From Adineta vaga (taxonomy: Eukaryota > Animalia > Rotifera), in NCBI GenBank assembly GCA_021613535.1, contig CP075493.1:15810001-15874000 (forward strand): a stretch of 64,000 nucleotides of DNA. The letters are read 5' to 3'. The position numbers and the translations under genes were made by a program. Below, piece by piece: positions 25,001-37,848 of this stretch. Under the pieces are notes generated by a model. It saw only the letters and a program-made list of their open reading frames with translations. It did not search any database and was not told where the DNA came from. How positions within the stretch are numbered: the stretch's first letter is position 1; every line of letters starts with the position of its first letter.

Positions 25001-28000
25001 ACAACTTCATTCTTTACACTCTGACTAAAATAAATGGAATTCCTAAGTATTTTTTTAAAGGAATTTATTTTCAAGAAACTTTTAGCTGTTTTGCATTTAA
25101 TTCATGCATATTTCAAATTTTCATAGATGATAAAGTATTTGGGATTGTATACATAAATGTGATTTATACTGTTTTCTTGATATTAGAACATATACTTTAG
25201 GTATATTAGGCCAACTATATAATCTCACCAATATTATCAAGTATTTACATAGGTTTCTCTCGAATTTTGTCTTATTTTCATGGCTTTATTATATGAAAAG
25301 AAGTTGTAGAAGGAAATTCCTTTAAAAAAATACTTAGGAATTCCATTTATTTTAGTCAGAGTGTAAAGAATGAAGTTGTAGAAGTGTTTGTAAGGATAAC
25401 CTGAGGTGTTTGTCTGAAGTATAAGAGAGATTTTAGGTGTTAGTGGGCCTATAATAGCACTTTTTGACTGGTTTTATGTATATATGGAAGAATTTTATTG
25501 TAAAAATGTGTTTAGGGATGGCACTTACTTGAGCCAAAACGTAGGTCATGCAATTCTGTGGGTGTTTGTCCGGATTATAAGAGAGATATTGGGTGTTAGT
25601 GGTGGGAAAGGTCATTTTTTCGACTTTGTTGAGGGTTCATCTATGTTAAAGGTTCGGAAAAATGAGTGTTAGTGGGTGTTTGTGTTCATAACTCATCGAG
25701 TTGTGGGTGTTTGTCAGCGGAACTAATGTGCAATCTTGAAAAGTTGGGTGTTTGTGCTGTTAGCATAAATTAGTAATAGCCGATATGCATGATAAAGTTC
25801 GTTTTTTTGAGTATAATGTTATTGTTTCTATTGATAAAAGAAGTGAACTTTTTCTACCAATATAAAAGTGCTTAACATAGATTCTCACTAACTTCTTTTT
25901 GTATAGATTTTATTAGAAATAGTAAAATTTCAGAATTTACAATGAATATTCGTTTATCGTAGATCATCATAAAAAGGTTGGCTCTTTTTCTTTTCCATTG
26001 TTTGATCAATGAAAATAATCTGAATGTGATAGTTATAGCTCATATATGAAATAGTTCTTCTATTGTGAAATACTAGGGAATGAAATAAGATTAACAAAAT
26101 ACGTCAGAGAATCTATTATGCACATTTCATTTGGTTTTTTTTCATTGAATTTAGATATCTCATCTGTTGCTCGATCAATCTATACATCATCGTTAACAAT
26201 GATTAGCACGATACATTCACTAGATGACTGTGATTTAAAGCACTATTATGAAGCTGTAGAAATGAATGTATATGAAGATGGTTGTTATATTCTGACTAGC
26301 AACAGCAGTATTGATTTGTATGGTTATCTCTACACAGATTATTTTGATCTCTTTAATCGATCTACAAATTTAATCATAGGCAATGAAAACAGTCTCAATA
26401 ATTTACAATTCCAAATCATCGTTGATCTTATTGTCAACACTACATATATATTGATTGTGGGAACACGCAATTTAAATGAGAAAAAACCCTTCTCAATTAT
26501 TGTATCTGGTTCAAACAACGTTAGTCTTCGATCTATTAGTTTTAGTGAGTATTTACTTTATCTATACAAAATAAAACACAAACATTATGTAAAGAATGTT
26601 GCGTATATTTAACGTCAATCTTCAAACAGTTTTACAAAGTCTACTAATAATTAGAATTTCGCATTATCAAAAAATTATTTTCTTTCGACTTATAGATAAT
26701 ATCAACGGAAAAACATTGCAGATACTGCAATAAAATAAAATCTTTTTTAAATAATGAAAACTTTCGAGATTTTTTCGAATTTTTATCAAATACTTCACGA
26801 AATATCTTTTTGATGCGTTAGAGATTGTCAGCAATTTTAGTTTGAATTGATTTTCCGGTGATAAAGAATAGTCAAGACAACATCAAAATTATTTTTCAAG
26901 AACGAACTTAAAGTGAATCGAACTTGGAATGTATTTTCAAAAAGACAGATGAACCTAAATCATATATATTCAAAAAATAACAATAATCTTGATAGCGATA
27001 GAAGATGTTCTCAATGATTGTTTTGCATATATTTTCTGATCTCTCTGAATAAGATATGAATCCTTTATTTTAAAATATTTATATTCTGATGAGTCATTTT
27101 CATTTATTCTATATTATAATTTTCTAGATTTTATCATTTCTCTGTTCCTCAACGAATACTTATTTAAAGCATATTGAAATAAATAATAATGAAAGAATAT
27201 CTATTTATATACTAACTGATTCATAGAAAGAACTTTATTCAAATTTATTGTTTGTTTTATTCAATATAAACTTTTCCAAACATAAACTATAGTTTAACAT
27301 CTGTCAATGTTTTATATCATAGTTTATATTGAAGTCGTAGTCAATTTAGTGTGCAGAGAGATTATTAAGTTGAATGTTGCCTCATATCATTGATTAGATC
27401 TATTTTTGAAGAGTTTTATCTGATATTATTACATTAAAAAAGTACCCAGGTTATTTGAATATACTTAACAAAAAGAACTTTTGAAAATACATTTATCCAT
27501 AATCACTTATCTCTAATGTCTTCACTAGTTGTTATTATTAGATTTTAGTATATAATATTGTATTAATTTGTATTTCGTTTGATTACACATGATCACATAT
27601 AGATATGTATAATATATCTTAACACACAAAAAAATTCGAAGTGAATATTATATATTCGATATATATGTATAATTTATCGATCTTATCAATGATAATAATT
27701 TGATTCAAATAGTCACAGCTCTTTTGTGAAACGTTAAGTTTCAATACATTCATTTAAAAAGAAGACAACATTTATAACTAGAGCAGACCCGTGAATACCA
27801 GAGATGTCCATCGCGGCTGAACATCTGCCACTGCCGCGACGGTGACTTTTAAAATCTCTGGATTCTCAAGTCTATGACTGATTTAAACTAAAGATATTGC
27901 CTCTAAACGATGTAATTCATTGAATTTTACAGTTTATCATTCTTTAAAACGAAGATTTCGCGTAAAATCATGAGTTTTTCGAATTCTCTGTTTTTGAAAA

Positions 28001-31000
28001 GTGCCACTACCGCGCCGCGTCGCTGCCGCCATGGACATCTCTGGTGCATACTGCACGGCCACTTTAAGTTTTGAAAACATTTCTTTTTCTACAGTAACAC
28101 AGTTCGGCTCCGCGTGGGATGAGATCGGACGGAAAAAAACGCCTCATGGGATAAAAGTTTTTTTCCGTGCATCCCATAGGATGGGATGAAACGCAAAATT
28201 TTTGTTGTCACATGAGATGCAATGAGATAAATTTTTATTATCCCATCCCATCCCATGATTTTACATACAATCCAAAATCTATTTTAAGAAAAAATTCTTT
28301 AAATGATTGTCAGTTTCACCAGTAACACTAAATTTTTCATCAGTCGAGTAATTAAGAGAAACATCTATGCTAACTGAGTTTCTTTTCAATAAATTGAGAA
28401 TTTTTACAAAAATATTTGTCCTATGGGATCCCATGGGATTTCAGAAGAATATTCATCCCAAGGTGGGATGGGACTCTAAAACTTTTCTGTCCCATGGGAT
28501 GGGATGAGATGGGATGGGATGATCCAATCCCATGCGGAGCCCTGTAACACAGATTATCTAGAAGCTCCTAATATATTCGTATTCGTCTAGACGTCTAGTG
28601 ACCCTTGACTTTTGACCCGGCCACAGACGGACAGATACTCAACATTATAATATAGGTTTTTTATCGAATTTCATTTGTTTATTTCTATTGAATAGATAAT
28701 ACATCAGTCGTTCAAACCGTGTACTTGTCGAATCTGACAACCAACACTCAAGTGTTTTCTCGAAAATGTGACCAATCGAACTATTACTATGAGACTTTGC
28801 AAATAACTGTGATCACAAATTCAAATTATACTCTTGCAGGCAAAAGTAATATCCGTACATTTGGCTACCTATACAAAGATCATTTTGATCCATACAATCC
28901 TTCAAACTCGGTCTCAGAAAATGCTAATGATTGTGATTCTGGCTTAAACTTCAAAATCACGCAATATCTTCAAGTCGGAATTACATACATACTAGTGGTA
29001 ACAACGTGGTACGCAGATACAACGGGAGAAGTCTCAGTCATTGTTTCTGGTCCAACTGAAGTTATTCTCAAAAGCTTTAGTAAGTACTCTTATTACTAAA
29101 TAAATAATTTGTGATCACAGATGTGTAGTGTACGGGAAGGATAAGTGGACTCAATATCTGCTCTACATCTACGTAAGAGTCTGAAAAATGTTTTGCCAGA
29201 GAGATCAATTTTTGAAAAGATTTTGTTATGACAACTTGACACATCTATTGCTAATAAACTGTAGTCGAAGAAATTGTCAACAGTTCTTTTAGAACGATTT
29301 GAGTCCCATCAATAGTGTCACTTCTGATCTATGCATATATAGACCATAAAATAACAATAAAATTATGTCAAATAAAAGTCTTCTTTGTCACAACTTAGTA
29401 CTGTAGTTGTTCATTTACTTTCATTTTTCCATTGTCGCGAACTGCACTTGAATCTTATAGAAAACATTGATTTTATTTTTGTTTTCGCAAATATGTTTCT
29501 TTATTTACTTAATCATGTGCTCATAGTCCAATTCATGTTCACAACATATTGAAGAATATTCGTTTCTTAACTAAACTAATGTCACAGATATATTTTTAAA
29601 ACAAAATTATTCAAAAATAATCGAATAGTTTTCAACAGAAACAACATAGTCATGTACTTTTTTTGATAATTCTAGACTCAAGATGAAGATACTTCGAACT
29701 CCGTCGAAGGAATTTTTCTAGAAATTTCTCTGAACTTTCTCTCATAAAATCTTCTCAGATTTCACAAAAGCAAAAAGTATAATTATTTCGAAGAGAAATT
29801 AGAATAAAAGATGATTCAGAATTCGAATTATAGTAAGTATAACCTTCTAACAGTTAAATTGAAATATCTGAGCTCTTGTATAGTTTTATAGATATTCGAA
29901 TAAATAAGAAAACAGAATAGGGATATTTTTTAACACAATAAAACTTTCAATTTGATCTAATTTCTTTAGCTCAAAACCATGAGAAATGTTATGTTGGAAG
30001 TGGATGTAATACGCATGTCAAAAGTATTGGTGTTACTCTCGATGATATTTTACGATATGAAATCAAATCAAATATGTCATTAAACGATCAATCATTGACA
30101 GTGAAAATTAGTGCTGTTATAACAATGATTATGTTTAGTGCTGGTTTGATCAACAGTGTTCTTTCATTTCTTACATTTCAAAATGCAGAACTACGTACAG
30201 TTGGATGTGGAATGTATCTTCTTGCATCATCGATTACTTCTCTTCTGACAATTTGTATGTTAACAGTTAAATATTGGTTTGTTCTTCTCACTCAAATGAA
30301 CACATCACTTAGTTTATTTATATATGAAGGAGGTTGTCGATCTATTGAACCACTTCTTAAATTATTTCTCTCTTTGGATGGATGGTTGAATGGTTGTGTA
30401 GCTATTGAACGTGCAATTAATGTTTTAAAAGGAGTTAATTTCGATAAAGACAGAAGTAAACGTATTGCTCGATGGATCATCATAATTTTACCATTGTGTA
30501 TCATTGCATCAATCATCCATGAACCTCTTTATCGCGAAGTATTTGAATATAAAATAGAGAATGGAAAGGGAGAAGAAAAAAAAACAGAACGATTTGTTCG
30601 GTGCATGACTGCTTATTCTCATACTGTTCAAGAATACAATACAGCTATCCTATTTATTCATCTTATTGGTCCATTTATTGCTAATCTTTGCTCTGCTTTG
30701 ATCATCATGTTTGGAACTGCTCGACGAAAGGCAGCAGCTCAGGCTAGACGAAGTTTTAGAGAACATATGCGGAAACAATGGCTTGAGCATAAACAATTAC
30801 TAATAAGTCCTGCGATATTATTGGTTCTATCAATGCCACGTCTCGTCATATCATTATTATCTGGATGTGTTGATGCGTCTCGTCAACCATGGTTATTTCT
30901 TTGTGCTTATTTTATTTCATTTATACCATCGATACTTATCTTCGTTGTTTTTGTTGTTCCTTCGAAATTATATATGAAAACATTCAACAAAACGCTGGAA

Positions 31001-31027
31001 AGTTGGCGACAATGTAGTCGTCCATGA
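22073..31027 (+). CDS. Receptor: signal peptide + NHL beta-propeller + two ~128-aa beta-rich repeats + rhodopsin-type 7TM; 5 exons, ~924 aa
   Basis: Exons 22073-22127, 22197-23084, 26155-26544, 28696-29079 and 29970-31027. All introns are phase-1 GT-AG and the exons sum to 2775 nt. NHL motifs LNGPSGIFVD..LYVADS.NHRIQ; the repeats share YYE..Y...SN..YGYLY..F; 7TM has GLINS, CVAIER and MPRL. Confidence 0.85.
23513..24239 (+). mobile_element. Non-autonomous Helentron-associated (HINE/DINE-1-like) element in an intron
   Basis: Starts actag plus hairpin gcgg..ccgc and ends acaaacttt...ttatatatatagat. Internal direct repeat ctgtNccgctgcaagtc occurs twice. Confidence 0.6.
24599..25781. mobile_element. 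Foldback-type non-autonomous DNA transposon with ~468-bp near-perfect TIRs
   Basis: 24599-25066 is the reverse complement of 25314-25781 (identical mirror ORFs in the track). Multiple aaacaccc subrepeats; no clear TSD. Confidence 0.9.
27799..28043. mobile_element. hAT-type MITE
   Basis: TIR cagagatgtccat / atggacatctctg; 8-bp TSD gtgaatac / gtgcatac. Confidence 0.85.
28103..28544. mobile_element. hAT-type MITE with GGGAT subterminal repeats
   Basis: ggctccgcgtgggat / atcccatgcggagcc termini; 8-bp TSD taacacag on both sides. Confidence 0.8.
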
Positions 31028-31285
31028 GAAACTCTTTTGAATTCGATGACTTATTTTCAGAAATACTTTGAACTTCTGACATTGTTCATTTCGTGCGATT
31101 CGGACAATCGATGAGATTATGTGATCGAATGTAATTGGTGAGAGAGAATATGAAAAGATCGCTCTATTGACATCTCTATTTTTCAGCTTTACAATGAATA
31201 TTTTATTTTAATACGCAATAAAATAAAAAACCTTTCAGCATAATCTCCTGTAGAATTCAAAGTATGAGAGACAACTGATTCAGTG

Positions 31286-31393
31286 TTGAGGAATGGGTGT
31301 GTGAGGGTGTGGGTGTGGGTGGGTGTGGGTATATCTTTTTCACGCAGGTCTACACACCCACACCCACCCACCCACCCACCCACCCACTCACAC
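31286..31393. repeat. Head-to-head telomere-repeat palindrome
   Basis: (GGGTGT)n arm, ~20-nt spacer, (ACACCC/ACCC)n arm. Confidence 0.75.
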
Positions 31394-32342
<949 letters not shown>

Positions 32343-32874
32343 TTAAAATGACAATTATTCCAATCGATTAGTTAAAATCTTAAGTTGTATTAATGATATA
32401 CTCTGTCCAACTTTGAATATAGGCGATTGTAGTAGAAGAAGATGATGGAATTTTGATTTAATTTATCAATAAATATATTCACATTGACATGTTTATGTAT
32501 ATACATGTATGTAGAGAGACAAAGAGAACGATTTATATTAAGCTATAACTATTAATTTCATCTAATCCTTTCGACAAACAAGTATAATCATAAAAAACCT
32601 ATCTTAAGATAAGAATGCATCAATACGATCGTACTTTTAATTGTATTAACGAAAGAAAAAGATCTTGTGACAGGTCGATTTTGAAGCTTACCAAATCAAA
32701 ATTTGAGAAGTCAGGAATTTTTGAAGGAAAAACCACGAGTTGTTTCAAATGTATGAGAGACATTATATGACTTCTAATAGATAGAATTTATCTTTGAAAG
32801 ATTATGTATATAAATATGACATCAATTTCTAGTCTCTCATATAAAACTAACCATAAAAACTTTCTTTTAAGTAA

Positions 32875-33012
32875 TTGTGAGAAAGCTCCACAGCTTGAAT
32901 TGAAATTTTAACCTTTGACACATTCAGATTTAGCGGAAACTTATTTAGACAAAGTCGCAACAGTTCTGAAAAACTTTCAAAAAGCACTGAATATTTATAG
33001 AAAAAATCTATG
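32875..33012 (+). pseudogene. TPR relic of the ART-TPR family
   Basis: Translates as KAPQLELKF*PLTHSDLAETY...KNFQKALNIYRKNL, similar to the repeats of 49253-51289. Confidence 0.45.
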
Positions 33013-33253
33013 AATTAATCAAAGATTTTGTTGAGTATCGTACGATGCTCTCGTATCCTCATGATAAATCTGATGTTTAGCATCAATAAGAATATAATAT
33101 TTTTTATCAATGGATCATTGTCATATAATCCAACACTCAAAGTGTTATCATTATTCACTGGAATAATGCGCAAATCTTTCATCTGTCACAATGCTGTCCG
33201 TTTTTATCGAGAAAAACATCACTAAATGAATGAAAATGAAAAAGATCACAATG

Positions 33254-33910
33254 TCAAGAAATAGAATGAAGTGCATCAATACGAGTCAAAACAAACAAAT
33301 AAAAAACACGATTTTTTGACTGTCTTATATGAATCAATGTTAATATACTAAATAGTAACATGCCCCCGTGAGGAATTAAAAGAGTAAAAGTATCAGCATA
33401 AACAGCGACAAGAACTTTTTCAAAGTTAGATGATACTGTACATATACCATTATAAATATCAAATATAATTAATTGAAACATACCAGATATGATAACAATA
33501 AGCATACTTATAAAGAAAAGACGCTTAGCAAACCATATAGAACTTAGATTTCGCCAGTGAACACTCGATGATGTTGACATAAAACGATCGAACGTTGCTA
33601 ATGAAACACATGTTGCTACCATTGTTGATAAACAAATTGGTAGATAACCACGCAATTTACAAACATCACCAGTAATGGATGTCGCACTATTTCCGAAATA
33701 TTCTGTTGAAAGACGAATTGTAATAGTAAAAATATTGTGAATCAAATCAAGCAAAGAACCACAAATCATGTAAAAGATACAAGATTTTGTTCGAAAATCC
33801 TTGGATAATAATGTCATCAGATTTAGAAGATTTCCAATTGTTCCAACAATTAAAATAAAGAAAAAACCAGAGATAGCGAAAGCAGGAGTGAATTCTGCCA
33901 ATGATATCAT
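33254..33910 (-). CDS. Rhodopsin-family GPCR, TM1-TM5 (3' part decayed or in an unresolved exon)
   Basis: GTIGNLLN, CIFY, CKLRGY, LATFDRF and hydrophobic helices. Confidence 0.75.
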   Translation of the reverse strand: MISLAEFTPAFAISGFFFILIVGTIGNLLNLMTLLSKDFRTKSCIFYMICGSLLDLIHNIFTITIRLSTEYFGNSATSITGDVCKLRGYLPICLSTMVATCVSLATFDRFMSTSSSVHWRNLSSIWFAKRLFFISMLIVIISGMFQLIIFDIYNGICTVSSNFEKVLVAVYADTFTLLIPHGGMLLFSILTLIHIRQSKNRVFYLFVLTRIDALHSIS

Positions 33911-36343
33911 ATTGAATTAAGATAAGAAGAAAATAATAATTTTAGTGAATATGATAAATAATCAAATAGAATCTATCGTTTCTGATCATTTAATAAAATG
34001 TATGTTAAGAAAAGTGAATTATATATAAATTCTTTGTCGATTTAATTGATGCAACAGACAACTTTTTTCTTCTATGTAAATTGCGCGTGATAATTTACAG
34101 AAAAAAGTGTTATATTATTATCAAATAATATGAAGAGTTAAAAATACTAAGTATATTGACGTAGATAAAAGCTAAATACGAAGAACAACCTATGATCGCT
34201 CATGCAGTTTATAAGATAATTCTCATAATTATGTTAAAAATGTTGTGTAGAGATGTTCTTTTTTTTATGAAATAGTATCCATAAAGTTCAGATACAAAAA
34301 TATCATTCACATTCAAATACAACAATATCCACATTAAAAATTTAACTCGCAAGGTTAGTTTCATTACAAATTAGATATAAAGCTTCCTTTTTTGTATTTA
34401 TTCGGTTTAACACTTTCAGCAAAAAAAAGCTAATGTATTATTTGTCTACCTATAGTTTTCTTCTATAAAGAGGGATGTGAAAATTCTCATATCATAATAT
34501 CACTATGAATTATTGGGATCTCAATTTTAGAAAACATTGTAGCTGTTACACTTCTATTATCCATCATCGAAGATTACATGCAAAAGAAATTATTCTTTAT
34601 TTATATATTAATAATAACTATGTGAAATCTAAACAATGTGATTAGTTTCATGATAGAATATACGCACAACGTTTGTCACACTTCTTTCCTCGAAAAAATT
34701 CGACCAATTAATAAAACACATCTCAAATATGGAATATCTTTTTTTATTGTACTCTTCCAATGATTAAAAATGTGATTCATATGGATATGGTAGCTCATTT
34801 TGATAGTTTTTGTTGTTTCTATACGCGTAAATTACGATTGATTTTTTCACAGTTGTTAACTATATGTTTTGATATTATTTTAGCTTCTTCACGACTATCC
34901 AATACCAGATGCTCAGACATCAGAGATTGCACATAGACTGTTTGTTTAATTTTAAGAAGCATGACAAGATTTCGTATTACATGTTCATGTTTATTTTTCT
35001 CATATTTACAAAATGTATAAAAATGTCTGTAATATAAATACTTTTGCACAAGAGAAATTAATGAATGTTGTAGCTAAGTGTTCGTACAGGAGCATAAGGA
35101 GTTCCTGATTATAAATCTTATTCTCAAAAGATTTTATATCTCCAAAACTCGTTTGAAATCAAAACTTTGTGCTATTCTATAAGAAAAGATTGTTTTTTAA
35201 ATTTTAAATTGATTTTAATTTAAATTTGGAAAAACAAAAAAACGAAATTTAATCTCTTCAGTTTCAATATCAAAAAGTTTCTTCAATGATACAATTATAT
35301 CAGATGAATCCATCCGATATTCATTTAATTATTTGTGGTTGTGAGAATGTGATTGGTTGTTTAACATTTTTATTACCGATTCAGAAACAATCAAAGATAT
35401 CATTTTCCATTCATTATCATATATGATTAAATATGCATGTTTATTTGATAGTAAACTAGTATTTATGCAATGCGATCATTCCGAATATGTTGTAGACAGT
35501 CGCATCTTATGAAACAGCATTCTTTTTCAATTTATTTATTTCGTTCATTCATATTGCTGTCAGCTTTTATGTAAAGTATGTGATGGGTTTTCTTTTTATT
35601 TTCGCTAAACAATCTGATCAAATCGATATCGTGAACATTGAATAATCGATTAAAACGTGTGTAATCATTCAAAAGCAGGATTTTTTTAATTATTTCTCCG
35701 CTTTCAGTATATCACGAGCACAATTAGTTGCGAAAGAATAAACTTACCTTTTTTATCTGGCTATAGTCAGAGTATAATAAACAATTATGCGTAGAAAATA
35801 CATAATATTATATTGACGTACAAAAGTCATATAACAATATCATGCATAACTAATATACTTAACATACAAGGAACGAATGTACAGAAGAAAGGAACGGAAG
35901 CTGATATTATACATTGTCTCATTATCAAAGCGCTAGTACGTATTCTATTTCTGTGTTTTACGTGAGCAAAGACGATCTTTTATAACATCTATTTCTTTGT
36001 ATATTAGAGAAAATTCTCATAGCAGAAATATTGTTAAATCAAAATCTAATATTTCTTAAAATTTATGTCCATTGATATAAGATTCTAAAATATTTTTAGA
36101 TAGTCTAAGATTACAATAGTGAGAACGATCAATGAAAGGATTTACAATTAAAAAGATTTGCATAGAGTAATTATATTTTTCTATTTATTAGTACAATCTT
36201 CCACAGATTTTATTCAGATTAACAAAACTGAACAATGATTATTTTTCAATTTTTCTATTCTTTCCAATATGAAGAGATATTCAACGTCATCAGAAAGTAA
36301 GGATGATTCAAGATCAAACGTATACAGACTTTTATTCAGTGTA

Positions 36344-36404
36344 GGGTGTGGGTTTGGGTGTGGATATTCTGTTTTACCAGATTCACGCCCACACCCTACA
36401 CCCT
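36344..36404. repeat. Head-to-head telomere-repeat palindrome
   Basis: gggtgtgggtttgggtgtgg - spacer - cacgcccacaccctacaccc. Confidence 0.65.
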
Positions 36405-37013
36405 AAATAATAAAATACGTTCTCCTGTAACAGTCTTTTAAGCCAAAAAATAAAAGTTTTTTCTAAACTATTGACATTATGTTTAATAATAAAAGAAGAA
36501 TTTCTGCTTACAAAAAAAAACATGGAAATTTAAAAAGAATAATAGAAGAAAGAGAACGTAATAAAAGTCAGATAAGGCGATGATTGACTACTATCAAGAC
36601 GCTTTTTACCTTTATTTTTCCGAGAACATAAGACGTAATTTGATAAAGTAAGTTGTTTGAAATCATACAACATGAGAATGCGAGGTTTTTTATGAAGGCG
36701 ATAACGCAGTTTTACCATCTAAAGATCTGTTAGATTTTAGTTTGGATATCTTGAGGGTGTGGGTGTAAGTGTGGGAATATAGTTATAAGGTGCATAACGA
36801 AGGGTGAATTGAGGAGTTAGTAAGCCTATTCATTTTATTATTTTTGTGTGATGCGGCCTGAGTCTTTCCTGTAATTTTTAGTCGATATATTTGAAAAAGA
36901 TACTAATATACCAGACGGCTGATGGTAGTTCAACTCCTTATCTCTCTCATCCCTACAATTTTTTTTCTTCACTAAAACACTAAGCAATACCTATTCAGAT
37001 CATGAGTGTTTAA

Positions 37014-37509
37014 CCCTATGGCGCTGGATGTCCCATATATGAGACGACGACTTTTTTCATTATATAATCTGTATGAATATGACTTCAAATACAATTCTAC
37101 GCAAGTATTTGAGGAGTTCTATCTATCATGAGGATACAGGGATCAATAGTGATCATGGTTTTACAATAACTATGCATTGCTGAAGATAGAATAGTCGAGA
37201 CATAGCATCAAATTGAAACGCTTGTTTGGACAACAACACGACGTTTTTCGTTAAAGGTTAAAAACTCGAATAACGAACGAAGACACTGTCTTGTTTACAC
37301 TCATGCAACTCATGAGCCCAAGCACGAAACAGAAACTAGCTGTAAATGTAAAGAGCGTCATGTTGACTTACTCGTGTTACTATGTTTCGAAGTCTATCAT
37401 ACATTGAAACATGTTTAATAGGAATTATGTTGTAAAGAGCGAAGGTCATTGAGTCATGGGCATTCCAGTGATTGAGAAAGCCGTTTTTCCTCCAAAACGC
37501 ACGAAAGGG
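37014..37509 (+). mobile_element. Internally deleted piggyBac element
   Basis: TTAA|CCCT...AGGG|TTAA. Retains a decayed Cys-rich C-terminus RRHCLV...TSCKCKE...LCFEVYHT. Confidence 0.8.
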
Positions 37510-37848
37510 TTAATCCCCAGACATTCGCAATTGTTTGACAACGTTCCGGTATTAATTCTAGATGACAACTAGAAACTCATCCGTGATTCGCTTCTTGAAC
37601 ATTACGCAGCTCTTGATATCCAATAGATTTACTTACAAAAGGGCGCAGGTGTGAATGTAAATGTTCTATTTATCACTCCCATCCCCATCCCCCAATGGTA
37701 TATTAGTAATTCAGGTCATTATTCCATCACTTGCCATCAGTTATTAAGACGTTTTACAATAATTATCATACTTCTTATTTTGAATCAAATATACCGATAT
37801 TTTCTATTTCATTTTAAAACAAACTTCTAATGAATACTACTGTTTAGA

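Larger units (their letters stand above)
27777..28657 (+). mobile_element. HINE/DINE-1-like element carrying two nested hAT MITEs
   Basis: actag start. Removing MITE 1 restores the hairpin ccgtgca-tac-tgcacgg. The 3' end reads gacagatact...ttataatatagg. Confidence 0.6.

Noticed and set aside
24708-25672. Two pairs of identical 60-62 aa ORFs
   Set aside because: Mirror translations of the foldback arms.
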